Origin: Blastocladiella emersonii ATCC 22665 | Taxonomy: Eukaryota > Fungi > Blastocladiomycota | NCBI GenBank assembly: GCA_025594325.1 | Contig: JANHCV010000002.1 | Span: forward strand, 2,418,001 to 2,482,000 | Reading direction: 5' to 3' | DNA: 64,000 nucleotides | Shown here: one piece after another, positions 22,963-34,989 of the stretch | How the letters are laid out: every line of letters starts with the position of its first letter | Numbering within the stretch: position 1 is the stretch's first letter | Notes under the pieces: generated by a model | The model's database searches: none | What the model saw: only the letters and a program-made list of their open reading frames with translations | Told to the model about the DNA's origin: nothing | Program-made: the position numbers and the translations under genes

Positions 22963-23311
22963 GGCGATCGATAAGGTAGCGCGCGCGCGCGAGGGCGGGG
23001 TGGGTGTCGATGCGTAGCGTTCGGGTGGTGTGGCGCGAAGGGCCGGGCGATCGGGGCTCCGGGCGCAGGTCGCAGCGGCAGTCGCGGGGACGAGAGTGCG
23101 AGAAGACGCGTCGTCGCCGTGTCCGTGGTTGCTGCAGCAACGGAGGGGGGCGATGGGCGGGCGCGAAACGAGGCGCGTGCTCGCTCGCCTCTCGCCTCTC
23201 GCAAGAGCGACGCGACTTGGGTTGCGCGTCACCCGACCCCACCTGACCTCACCGCCTCAGAAGCAGTTCCCCATCACGATCTATATCACCCACCACCATC
23301 TTCCGACTCAT

Positions 23312-25266
23312 TCACATGCGTCGCCGGATCGTCGCGTTCGGATCCCCACTAATCCGGCGGCTGTTGGACCGCGTGCGCGCGACGCTGGGCCCGCCGTACG
23401 CGTCGTCCTTGACGAGCCCGAGTATCTCGCGCATCGACCGCAGCCAGCGCGTGTCGAGGACCAGGCACAGCAGCGGGTCGGTTGCCGAGTTGATGTAGAT
23501 CCCCAGCGCTGACGTGACGTGGAACCACGCGGGCAGCTCCCGGTCCGAGATGAACTGGTACGCCACGCTGACCATGTACGGCAGCCAGTTGATGCAGAAG
23601 GTGCCCGTGATGATGATCGCCTTGCGGAACAGCACCGTCTCGAGCTTCTTCTCCTCCATGGCGCGCCGGCGACGGAACTGCGGGAGCGAGCGCAGGAACG
23701 AGCTCGCCTTCTTGCGCATCGTGTCCTGCCCCGGCGGCACGCCCGCGCTCGGCAGCTGCCCGAGTCCCGACGTCACCGAGTCGTTGGGCGAGATGCTCGC
23801 GCGTCGTCCCGTCCCTACCGTGAGGGTGCGCGCGTGGTCAATCGGTGAACTCGGATCGTGTGTCGGAACACACGTACCCGACTTGGAGTGGTACTCGGGG
23901 CTCCCGCCGTCCGGCAACGCGCCAGACCCGCGCGGCGTCGTGGCCGCCGTCCGCGCGATCGTGCCCGCCGCCGCCGTACCACCGCCGACCGACGTGTCCT
24001 CCTGCCCGGTCCCGGACCCGTTGCCGACAACACTCGTCGACGCGTCCATGGACAGCGAGTGCGGCATCGTGAACGAGCTCGACGTCGGCAGCTCGTTGGC
24101 CGGCCCGAACACGGCGTTCCACCACGCCGGCCGCGTCAGCATCGGCGGCGTCGCCAGCGTCACGCTGAGCCGTTTCGCCGGCTGGCTCGGGTCCGCCAGG
24201 ATGCTCCCGCGCCGCCGCGGCGGGATCGGCGTCGTCGGCATGCTCGCTGGCGCGGGGAGGCCCGGCGACTCGGGTCCCTCGGCCATGCTCGACAGTGGCG
24301 GCCCGCCCGTGGCGCCCAGGCTCGCGCTCTTGGCCACGGCCATCCCGCCCGCGCCGCCGCCGTTCACGCTGCTATTGACGACGGTGCGGCCCGACTCGCC
24401 CAGCAGCGGCGAGTTGACGGACGACGACAGTGTGTTCATGGTGCTCGCCGCGGGCATGCTCATGCCCGGCGAGGTCGGCAGGCCGGGCGGCGGCATCACG
24501 CTCGACGGCGGCGCGTACGAGAACGACTCGGTGTTGTGCTGGCGCACGCTCTTGAGCAGCTTCTTGATCTCGACCACCTTGTGGTAGATGGCGTAGTAGC
24601 TGGTCGAGATGGTCACGGCTACGCTTGCGATCTGGAGAATCACAATGGCCGCGAACGTCGCCCACGCGGGGACCCGCGTCGTCCACTGCGACATGCAGTA
24701 CACGCGCGAGGGTTCCGGCCGGTACTCTTGCTGCAGCGCCCACGGGATCGCCGCGAGCCACCCGTTCCACAGCCACACGCCGGCGACCATGAACGCGACC
24801 TGCCGCGGGCGCAGCGGGGACTCCTTGACTGTCGCTGCGAAACGCTCGAACGCCATGACGCCCAGAGAGCTGAGCGAGACGCCGCCCTACACCTCGTTCA
24901 AGGTTAGCCTTGCGATCAACGACCGCGCCGCGTCGGGCAACGTACGAAGAACGTCGCCGACCAGCCCGAGTACTGGCACAGTCCGTACGACCACGCGCCG
25001 GTCGCGAGCAGCGTCGCGTTGACGCTGAGGTGCGTGACGGAAAGCGCGAGGTCGGCCACGGCCAGGTTCAGCACCAGGTAGTTGGGCACGTTGCGCAGGC
25101 CGCGGTCGTAGAAGAAGAGCACGATCAGGAACGTCGACCCAAGCACCGCCAGCGCGTTGATGACCACGACGATGGCGCTCCGCTCTACGAGCACCGGCTC
25201 TGTCCAGTCCACGGCGCTCGCCGGGATCATCCATGATGGCGTGGCTTCACTGTAGGGCCCGTTCAT
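23312..25266 (-). CDS. Class A (rhodopsin-like) 7TM GPCR with a very long third intracellular loop; join(25266..24946,24886..23312), about 631 aa
   Basis: TM2 YLVLNLAVADL, TM3 start GLCQ (disulfide Cys), AFERF (DRY-equivalent), ECL2 VYCM, TM6 FCINWLPY, TM7 INSATDPLL. 59-nt intron with GTACGT donor and CTAAC branch point. Confidence 0.85.
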
Positions 25267-26037
25267 CTTGTGGTAGGTCAAGAATGCATTGATGCGTTGT
25301 GCTAGTAGCGGGTGTACTCTCCCGGCATGAATCTCGCTCGCTCGCATCGCCGCTGCGTCACATGTGGACCGCGGCCTCCGTGGGGACGTGTAATTTGTGT
25401 CCGGATCCGCCGCCTGCGCCACACGCCGCGACGGCGAGATGAACAACGCGTCGACCGACTCCTGGCCGGACCCCAGCGTCGCGACCCGGAGGTGACGCGG
25501 GGCGCTGCCGAATCGAGCAGCGTGGATTCGGCTTCGGCTTCGGCTTCTGCTTCGTCGGCCATGGTCAGTCGTCTACTTGAGCAACACGAACACCGCTTCG
25601 CCGACCATGGTCAACAGCTCCGTCCTCGCTTCATGCCTGAGTCGACGGCCACGACCATCGACTTTCGAGGACGTGGAAAACAGGTGTTGCGCGCCAGCCG
25701 TCGAGATGTGGTCGAAGAAAGCGCCGCCCGCGCGAGCACGCCGCGACGACCTTCATTCATCATTCTTGAACATGGACACGACCATGGCCATCGACCAGAA
25801 CTGAGCGAACCACTCGCGACGAGACCAAGAGAGAGATAAGTGTGGCACTTAACCATGTTGAAAATATGACAGGTAGGGAAGAACAACAAACAGAGGAGGG
25901 GGAGGGGGAGAGGAGAGGGAGGAAAATGGGAACAGCGGGGACAAAAATCAAACCAGTGCAATTGATCGACCGCCGCCTTGATGAGGGTCAGCTGCGGCCG
26001 TGAGTGAAGGTGAGGGAGGGGAGGGAGGGGAGGGGGA

Positions 26038-29000
26038 TCATGCCATGCGGCGGCGGTAGTACATGACACCACCACCGATCGCGCCGACACCGGCGAGACC
26101 GCCAATGACACCGCCGACGATGGCGCCCGTGTTGGAGCCCGCGTCCGTGGTCGGCGTCGCCGTCGGCGTAGCCGTGCGCGTCGCGGTCGCGGTCGACGTG
26201 GCCGACGACGTGGTCGACGACGACGAGGACGGCGTGTCCTGGACGGCAAAGTCCGAGTACATGGGGCACGAGCACGTCACCGTGGTACCCGAGGCCGTGG
26301 TCGTGCAGCCCGAGTTGGACCACGCGGTACCCGACCAGTACACGCACTGCTGCGTGTTACCGGTGCTGGCCGGCGACACGTTGTCGACCTGGAACGTGAG
26401 CGACATGGACCGCCCGTCGAGCGCCGCCGTGGTGGACCCGCTCGTGTACACGTTCACGTTGAGCACCTGCGACAGGAGCTTCTTGCCGCCCGTCGACTGC
26501 GTCGCCCGCTGCTGGCGCCACTGGACCACGTGCGCGTCGTAGCACCCGGCCGTCACCGTGTTGGGCAGCGTCACCGTGTAGTTGCCGACGACACGCGGGT
26601 CGTCGCCCGACGACGAGCCCGTCGCGACGATGCGGCGCACCGAGCCCGTGAACGTGCCGAGGTCCGACGTCAGCGACTGCGTGGCGCCCGAGGCCGCGCA
26701 CGTGTCGCCAGCGACCGTACCGGCGAGGAGCGACGAGATCATGGACCGGACCGTGTTCTCGTCGGCCGTGGCGCGGCGGAACACGGGCGAGAAGCGGTTG
26801 ACGCTGAGGCTGCGGCGCTTGAGCGAGACCGTCGACGCGTCGAGCGCCAACTTGAGCAGCTGGTCCACGACGCCGAGCGCCTTCTTGGTCACCACGGGGT
26901 CGGCCGAGATGATGTTGCCGGCCGCGTCGCGCGAGCAGCCCGCCACGAGCGAGTTGACGAGGTTGAGCGTCGACGCCATCGTCGTAGCGTCAAACGACGA
27001 GAAGTCGACCGTCGCGAGCGCCGAGGCCGCGCGGACCACGAAGCCCGAGTCGACGACCGAGTTGGCCGCGCGGTCGAGCATGATCTGGTTGACCCAGCCC
27101 TGCGCCTGCGCCTGGTACGCCTTGAGCTGCGTGAGCTGCGCCGCCGTGAGCTGCGACGCCCACGCGCTGATCTGGATCGTGTCGAGGAAGCCCGTGATCT
27201 CGCGCAGCGCGGCATCAGCCGAGCTGACGAGCAGGGCCTGGATGCGGTTGACAAAGTTGCCGGCCTCGGCGATGAGCTGGTCACCGTTGAGCGACGGCTT
27301 GACCACCGTCACCGTGGCGTTGGCGCGGGCCGACGACCCGAGCGCGTCCGTGAGGATCACAAACGCCTTGGTCGCCGTGGCGGGGAACCGGACGCCGTCA
27401 ATGGTCGCGGGCGACTGCTGGAACGCGAAGATCGAGTCCTGCTCGCGCTTGGTCGCCGTATCGTTGGCCGAGTACCCGAACGTGTACGCGTACGGCGGGA
27501 CACCGCCCGACCAGCCCGTCGACGCCAGCGAGAACGAGTCGAGGTTGGCGCGGCCCGAGGCCGTGTCGGTCACCGTGAGCTGGTTGGCCGCGATGGCGTT
27601 GGCCACCGAGAGGACACCGCCCGTGGGGAGCGAGGCCGTCTGCAGCTGCACGTCCGAAATGTACGTCTGGCCGTTGACCGTCACCGTGCAGCGGAGCTTG
27701 TAGTTCTTGCCGGGGAGCAGGTCGCCGGGGCCGAACGAGTACGTCGAGCCCTTGGTCGAGCGCTTGAGGACGAGGTCCGTGTCGACCGAGTCGGGCGACA
27801 GCGACCACGCGTACGCCGAGGGCGACAGCGTTTTGTTGGTGGCCACGTCGACGACCGTGATCCAGAGCGTCGGGGCGCGGCCCGCCGAGACCTGCGCGTC
27901 AGCGGGGAAGCGCTGGCCGCGGACGCGGGGGACCGTGCCGGCGAGGGCGTTGAGCACCGTGAAGTCGGACGCGTAGCGGTCGCCGTTGGCGTTGTCGATC
28001 ACGTAGACACCGTAGTAGTACTTGGTGCCGGCCGCGAGCGTGCCCGAGGGGATCGTGTACGAGGCGCCGATGTTGGACACGACGATGCAGTTGGTGTAGC
28101 CCGCCGCGCACTTGAGCCAGCTGTACGTGTACGACTTGGTCGCGAAGGCCGCGTCGGGGTCGTTGATCGTCGCCGTCAGCGTGTTGGCCGCCGACGCGCC
28201 GCAGTCCTGCCAGTTGCCGCCGTCCACGTTGACGTTGAGCGGGGCCGCCGTGACCGAGAGCACCGACTCGGTGCGCACCTCGATGCTGTTGTACGTGACG
28301 ACGCAGTCGAGGTAGAAGGTGCCGTAGCCGAGGTTCTTGGGCTTGAACGAGATGCTCGACCGGTTGGCGCCCTTGGCCTCGAGGTTGGTGAAGCTGACCA
28401 GGTTGGCCGACGAGTCGTACAGCTCCCAGCGGTACGACAGCGTCACCTTGGTTATGTCGATGTTGGCGCACAACGGGAACTGCACCACGGCCTGCGCGTT
28501 GACCTGCCCGCCGAGCCGCACCGACTGCTTGGACGCCGTCTGGTACACGTTGGGGAACACCGTCGACACGCGCTGCACCGTGAACGCAGCGCTCGCGCCG
28601 TACGTGGTGCCGAACTTGGCGTAGCCCTCGTAGCCCGTGACGCGGATCTTGAAGTCCGTGCCCGTCACGACCCAGCTCGCGGGCACCTTGAAGTCGAGCT
28701 TCTTGCTGCCCGAGGGACCGAAGATACCGGCCACCTGCGCCGCCAGCGACGTGTCCGTGCCCTCGTACGTGACAAAGTAGGTCACGTCGTTGCCGCGCGA
28801 GCCCGAGAGGTCGAACCGGATGTCCGACGTGTCACACCCAATGACGCGCTTGGGCGCGTTGATGGCGATGACGGGGGCCGTCGGCGTGTACGTCGGCTGG
28901 CTCGTGGGCACCAAGATCGACTGGCCGGTTGTGAACGTCGGGATCGACGTCTTGGTGGACGAGCCGCCGCCCGAGCCGCCCGTCGTCGTCGTGGCGTGGT

Positions 29001-32000
29001 CCGTGGTCTTGGTCGTGCCGCTGGACGACGACGACGAGGAGGAGGAGGACGAGGATGAAGACGACGATGAGGAGCTCGAGGACGACGAGGACGAAGAGGA
29101 GGAGGAGCTCGACGACGACGACGAGCTCGAGGCGTGCGACGACGTAGACGAGGTCTGCGGAGCCGACGACGAGGTAGTCGCGGCGCGAGTCGTGGTAGTG
29201 GTCGTGGTGGTGGTCGAGGTCCCGGCCGAGGGCTGGGCCTGGACAGCAAAGTCGGCCGCGGACATGGGGCAGTTGCAGCTGATGTTGGAGCCCGACACCG
29301 TCTGGGTGCAGCCCTGGCTGGTCCACGCGTTGCCGTTGAAGTAGGCACACTTGTTGGTGAAGCCAGCGGGGGCGGCCGTGACGCCCGTCGCTGTGTACTT
29401 GACGCGGCGCGCCGACGACGCGGCAATGGGCGTGGACTGGCCCGACGGGAACACCTCGACGCCGAGCACGCTCTTGGACGTGATGCGGTTGGCCGCCACC
29501 GTGTTGCCCGACTTGGACTTCCACGACACGAGCTGCGTGTCGTAGCAGCCCTGCGGGATCGAGTCGGGGAGGACCACGTTCGAGAAGTCGCCGACGGTGC
29601 GCGCCGAGTCGCCCGACTTGGCGCCCGTCGCCACGATGCGGCGCGCGTTGCCCGTGAAGGCGCCGCCCGTCTTGGGCGCCACCGTCTGCGCCGAGCCCGT
29701 CGCCTTGCACGAGTCGGCCTTGACCGACGCCGCCATGAGCGAGCGCACCTGGGTCGTCAGCGTGTCCTTGTTGGCGGCCGCGCGCTTCTCGAGGTGCAGC
29801 ACCAGGTCCGACGTCTCGTCCGAGGGCGCGCGGCGGAGGAGCATCGCCGACTGGTCCGCCTGGTTGAGCAGCTGGCCAATCACCTCGGCCACCTTGTCGG
29901 CGACCGTGGGGTCCGCCGACACGTCCTTGCCGTCGCGCGACTTGGCGGCGCCCGTGATGGCCGAGTTCACGATCGCCAGGGCGCCGTCAATGGTCGCCTG
30001 GGACGCCGACGAGAAGTCGGCGTTGGCGAGCGCCGAGGCCGACTTGGCCGCGAACCCGGCGTCGACGCGCTTCGGGTTGGTGGCGAGCGTCGTGAGGAAG
30101 CCCTGGGCCTGGGCCTGGAGGGCGAGGAGCTGCGTCTTCTGGGCGTCGGTCGGGTTGGCCGACGACAGCACGTTGAGGTCAATGAGCGACGTGAGCGTCG
30201 AGAGCTGGATCATGGCCGTGTCGGGGCTCGACAGCAGCGACTGGATCTTGGTCGCGAGCGCCTGCGCCTGCGTGATGATGTTGGCCACGTTGATCGTGGG
30301 CGCCGTGATCGCCAGGTCCACCTCGGTGCGCTTCTCCGACCCGAGCGAGTCCGTGACAATGACAAACGCCTTCTTGGCCGTGGGCGGGAACAGGATGCCC
30401 GTGAGCGTCTGCGCCGACGACTGGTACGTGATGAAGTTGTCCTCGGACACGGCGGGCGTGACCGTGGGGTCGACCGACGTGTACCCGAACGTGTACACGT
30501 ACGGCTTCTTGCCGCCCGACCAGTCGGCCGCCGTCAGCTTGAACTTGTCCGTGTTGGCGAGGCCGCGCGCCGTGTTGGCGTTGGCGCCCGTCTCCTGGTT
30601 CTCGACCTTGAAGGTACCGCCCGACGGGATGCCGGCCACCTTGAACTGCACGTCGCCGAACGCCGTGAGGCCGGCGCTGGTCGTGATCGTGCACCGGAGC
30701 GTGTAGTCCTTGCCGGCCGTCAGCGAGTCGGGCGAGAACTCGTAGAAGTAGTCGCCGTCCTTGTCCGTGTCGATGGTGAGCGTGTCCTTGGACTTGGGCG
30801 ACACGGTCCACGCGATCTCGACGTCGTCCACGTCAATCTCCGTCGACGGGCTCGTCGAGTCGTCGAACACCTGCGCGAACAGCGTCACGCCGTCCTTGAC
30901 CGTGACCGAGTCCGTCGACGGGAACCGGCTCACGACGACGCGGGGCACCACGACGCTCGAGCCCTCGAGGAACACGTAGTCGGTCGAGTACCGCAGCGGG
31001 TTGGCCTTGTCCTGGACGAGGATCGCGCCGTACTTGGTGGTCCCGGCGGGGATCGAGCCGGCCGTGATCGTGTCCGAGTCGGTGCCGACTGCCTTGACCG
31101 TGCACACGTTGAAGTTGTAGTCATCGCATTCGAACCACGTCAGCTGGTAGTCGGACAGCGCCGGGTTGGCCGCGCGGTCGTCGTCGATGATCGTCACCGT
31201 CAAGGTGCGCGCAATCGACGTCGGGATCACCTGGTAGTTGCCGCCGTCAATGAACGCCGAAAGGAGCGAGCCCGAGACGCCGACGGGCAGGCTGGCCGTG
31301 ACCGTCTGGCCGTTGTACGTCGCCGACGCCGTGAGCGTAGTCACGCCGTAGCCAAACTGCTCGGCAGTCAGGAAGATGGACGCGGCCGTGTTCGAGTCGG
31401 CGCCGATGGTCGTCAGGTCGTTGACGACCTGGCCCGACGGCAGCGTGGCGCTCCACGCGATGGTCGTGGTGGCCGTGGTCGGGTCGACGCCCGTGCACGC
31501 GGCGAACGACAGGGCAAACGACGGGTTAAACTGGTCGCGCGGCGACACCTCGAACCCGGGCGTGTCAAAGTCAATGAAGGGCACGATCTGGCTCGACGAC
31601 TTGCGCGTGATGGTGATGGTCTTGGACGCAGAGTACTGGTTGGCGTACTCGTCGTACATGTCGGCGGCCGTGATGCGCAGCTGCAGCGGCGTGCCGAGGG
31701 GCACCCACGACTGCGGCACAATGAACTCAAAGTCCTTGAAGCCCGACGACGGGTACTGCGACGCAATGTTGCTGGCAATCGAGCCGTCCGACCCGAGGTA
31801 CTCGACGAAGAACGTCGGGTCGTTGGCCAGCGTGCCCGACAGGTCGTACTCGATGTCGTCCGTCTCGCAGTCGTTGATGAACATGGGCCCCGTCAGCACC
31901 ACGTACGGCGCCGAGTTGGTCTCCTGCGGCACCTCGTTGGCGACCGTCACCGTGGCCCCGACCGCGTACGACCGCGCCGTCAGCTGGGTCGTCGTAGCCG

Positions 32001-34989
32001 ACGCCGTGGTGGTAGTGGTGGTGGTCGTCGACGTGGCATCATCGGTAGACGTCGTCGACGTGGCCGCATCCGTGGTAGTGGTCGACGTGGCCGCATCGGT
32101 CGTCGTGGTCGACGTCGCCGCGTCCGTAGTCGTGGTCGTCGAGTCGGTTGTGGTCGTCGTGTCCGTAGTCGTCGCAGTATCGGTCGTCGTCGTGGTCGTG
32201 TCCGTGGTCGTGGTCGTGTCCGTGGTCGTGTCCGTCGTCGTGGTCGTGTCCGTGGTCGTGGACGTGTCCGTGGTCGTGTCCGTGGTCGTGTCCGTGGTCG
32301 TGGCCACCGACACCTCGTCGACGGCGCGGCGGTACACGAGGTGGAGGACCGTGGCCTGCTCGTGGGTGCGGAGGCCCTCGAAGTTGGACGACAGGTCAGC
32401 GAGGGCCGCGTCGCGGCGCGCCTCGACGCGCACCTTGGCGTCGCGCGACGAGGGCGTGCCGACCTGGGCGCCGTACGCCCACGCCATGGCCTCGGGGAGC
32501 ACCTGGACGCGGACGCCCGCCATGCGCGCGGCGCGGATCACGTCGTACGCGTCGAGCGCGGGCTTGGCGGCCGACTGGGCGCGGACCGCGGCAATGCCGT
32601 TGAGCTTGGCCATGGCCTCGTTCGAGACGAGGGGCAGGACGGCCGAGTCGACGGGCGAGGTGCGCTGGCGGAGCTTGAGCGCGTCGGTCGACGTCAGGTC
32701 TGTGTCAAAGTTGGGCAGGGCGTCGACGCCGAGGGCGAACGCGCCGGCCTCGGGGGCCGTGGCCGCGGCGCGCGCCAGGATCTTGGCGAGGTGAGCCTTG
32801 GGGACGACCGAAGACGGGATTGCGAGCACGAGCGAGCCCGTGGTGAGGCGGGACCCGGCCTCGAGCGCCTCCTCGACCGACGCGTCGGGGCGGTCGAGGA
32901 CCACAATCTGCCACGCGCGCGGGGTCCACTTGGCGTCGAGCCCGACGAGCTCGTCGTTGAGCTTCTCGGCCTCGACCGTGTTGGACGACGGCTTGACGGC
33001 GAGCACCACCTCGAGCCGGTGGTACTCGTTGAACTCGGCCTCGACCGCGTCGAGCGCCTTGGCGAGCACCGACCGCGGCACCTTGTCGGCGTCGTGCACG
33101 ATCACGAGCGAGATCATCTCAGCCGCCTGGCCGGCCTTGGCGGCGGCGCACGCGGGGGCCGCGCGCACCAGGTCGCCGAACACCTGCAGGTCCTGGACGC
33201 TGCGCTTCTTGATGGACGCCGAGGTCGCCGAGGGCGTGGTCACGCCCGTGCGGATCGTGCGGATCAGGGCAAACGAGAGCTCGTACGGGTCCTCGGTGTG
33301 GAACGTGGCGACGTCGGGCTTGAGCTGCTTGTCCTCGGTGAAGAGCGTCGCGGCCGCGTGCAGGATGACGGGCGTCTCCGACAGGACAATCTCGTGGAGC
33401 AGCGTCGAGTCGAACTCGGGCGACCCGATCACGGCGACGCGCGCCGCGGCCGGGTCCGTCAGGTACCCGACGACCTGCTTGGCGGCCAGCGCGGAACCGC
33501 GCACCTCGATGGCGAACTTGGTCCACGCCGACGCGCGCTGCTCAATGTACTTGATGGCGGGCACGCCGTTGACCTTGGTCTTGCCGTGGATCGGGCCCAT
33601 GAACGTGACGCGGAGCGTGGGCTCCTTGGTCGACCGGACAAAGTGCACGTTGTCGAGCGCGTCGCAGAACCCGATGAGCCCGCCGGCCGCCGACAGCTCG
33701 CCGAGGAACACGAGCTCGCGGACCGCGTGGCGCTTATCGGCAGCGCCGGCACCGGCGAACGGGTGGCGGAAGGTGCGGTAGAGGCCCGACGAGACCACGG
33801 GCAGGACGCGGACGGCGGCCGAGGGCTTGACGAGGTCGCGGTCCATGGTGGCGAGCTCCTCGGACGCGAACAGGAGCTCCTCGGCGAGCGCGATCGTCTT
33901 CTCGCGGAGGTGGTCCTCGGCGAGCGCCACGTCGTCCGTGAGCGGGGCCGACGTCTGCTCGGCGCTCTTGACGTCCTTGCCGAGCTTGGCGAGCGTGCCG
34001 CGGAGCGCCGCGTCGAGGCTCGGGCGCGAGACACCGACGACAATGTGCGAGGCCGAGCAGCGCGACCCGAGCGACTTGGCGGCCAGGTAGTCGTAGCCGG
34101 CGCCCGAGTTGGCGTCAAAGTAGACCAGGTCAAAGTCGGCGCGCGACAGGGCCTCGGCCACGGCCTTGGACCGGTCGAGCACCTCGGCGGCCGACGTCGG
34201 GCGGGCCGACGGCACCTTGCTGACCGTCACCGAGGCGCCGTGCAGGCGGTCGGCCGTGATGTCCTCGGAGGTGAACACGGTCACGTCGTGGCCCTGCTGC
34301 GCCACCTCGATGGCGGCCGCGAGACCAAAGTCGGTGGCCGAGGTCTGGAGCGAGTGCGCGTCGATGAACATGGCGACCTTGCCGGCGCGCTTGTCTGTGG
34401 GTCGTGGAAAGGTAGCTCGGGTGAGTGGATCTGCTCGGTGATCGAAGACCGAGGAGGAGAAGAGAGCGTACCAGTCGAGGAGGACGAAGCCGCGGCAACG
34501 ATATCCGCGTCGAGGTCGACGGCGAGCGAGCACGAGGGACCGGAGAAGCCAATGTCGCAGAAGCAGTGGCGGTTGATCATGATGCCGTTGCCGGAGCACT
34601 CACTGGCGGCGACGGGGACGGGGGCAGCGGGCCGTGGGGACGAGACGTCGACCTGCGGGGGTGGAGTGGCGAGGGCGGGGTGTCAGACGCAGAGTGGCGA
34701 GGGCGGGGTGTCAGACGCAGAGTGGCGAGGGCGGGGTGTCAGACGCAATGTCCTCGAGCGTGGGAAGCCGGGTAGTCCGTACCTTGGGCTGAGAAGAGGG
34801 AGAGTAGGACGAGAAGCCGGCGAAGATGAAGGCACCGGCGAGCAGCGGCAGGGCGAACCACGCGAGCATCTTGAGGCGCGAGGCCATGGCGTCGCGGCGG
34901 ACGACGTCGTTGTGGTTGTTGTTGACGCGGCTGTCGGGCAGCAGGGGCGCCTTGGCCGCGTCGGCACCGGCGGCACGAGCGGGGGCCAT
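26038..34989 (-). CDS. Giant (~2900 aa) membrane protein: signal anchor, EGF, GT-B-like, GT-A-like, Thr-rich stalk, REJ-GAIN/GPS, Ser-run, second REJ-GAIN/GPS, TM; join(34989..34783,34652..34472,34394..26038)
   Basis: Exon 1 has a hydrophobic segment LAWFALPLLAGAFIFAGF. Exon 2 has EGF-like CSGNGIMINRHCFCDIGFSGPSC. GT4-like QGHDVTVF, ELVFLGEL...FCDALD and E-x7-E; GT2-like ISLVIVH...LEVVLAV. Two GPS motifs: CAYFNGNAWTSQGC...CNCPMSAADFAV and CVYWSGTAWSNSGC...CSCPMYSDFAV. C-terminal TM GAIVGGVIGGLAGVGAIGGGVMYYRRR. Confidence 0.85.
31985..32305 (-). repeat. Coding Thr/Asp-rich (TTTD)n mucin-like repeat
   Basis: Repeated accacggacacg units encoding TTTDTTTDTTTDTSTTTD... between the GT-like and REJ regions. 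Confidence 0.85.
34664..34747. repeat. Three perfect 28-bp tandem copies (GAGTGGCGAGGGCGGGGTGTCAGACGCA) inside intron 1 of the giant gene
   Basis: Units at 34664-34691, 34692-34719 and 34720-34747; each contains a CTGAC branch-point-like motif on the minus strand. Confidence 0.95.

Noticed and set aside
23440-23520. GPCR as a type 2 opsin photoreceptor
   Set aside because: Counting back from D7.49-P7.50, position 7.43 is Tyr rather than the retinal-binding Lys.
34664-34747. 28-bp repeats as a CRISPR array or element terminus
   Set aside because: The copies are head-to-tail with no spacers and lie entirely within an intron.
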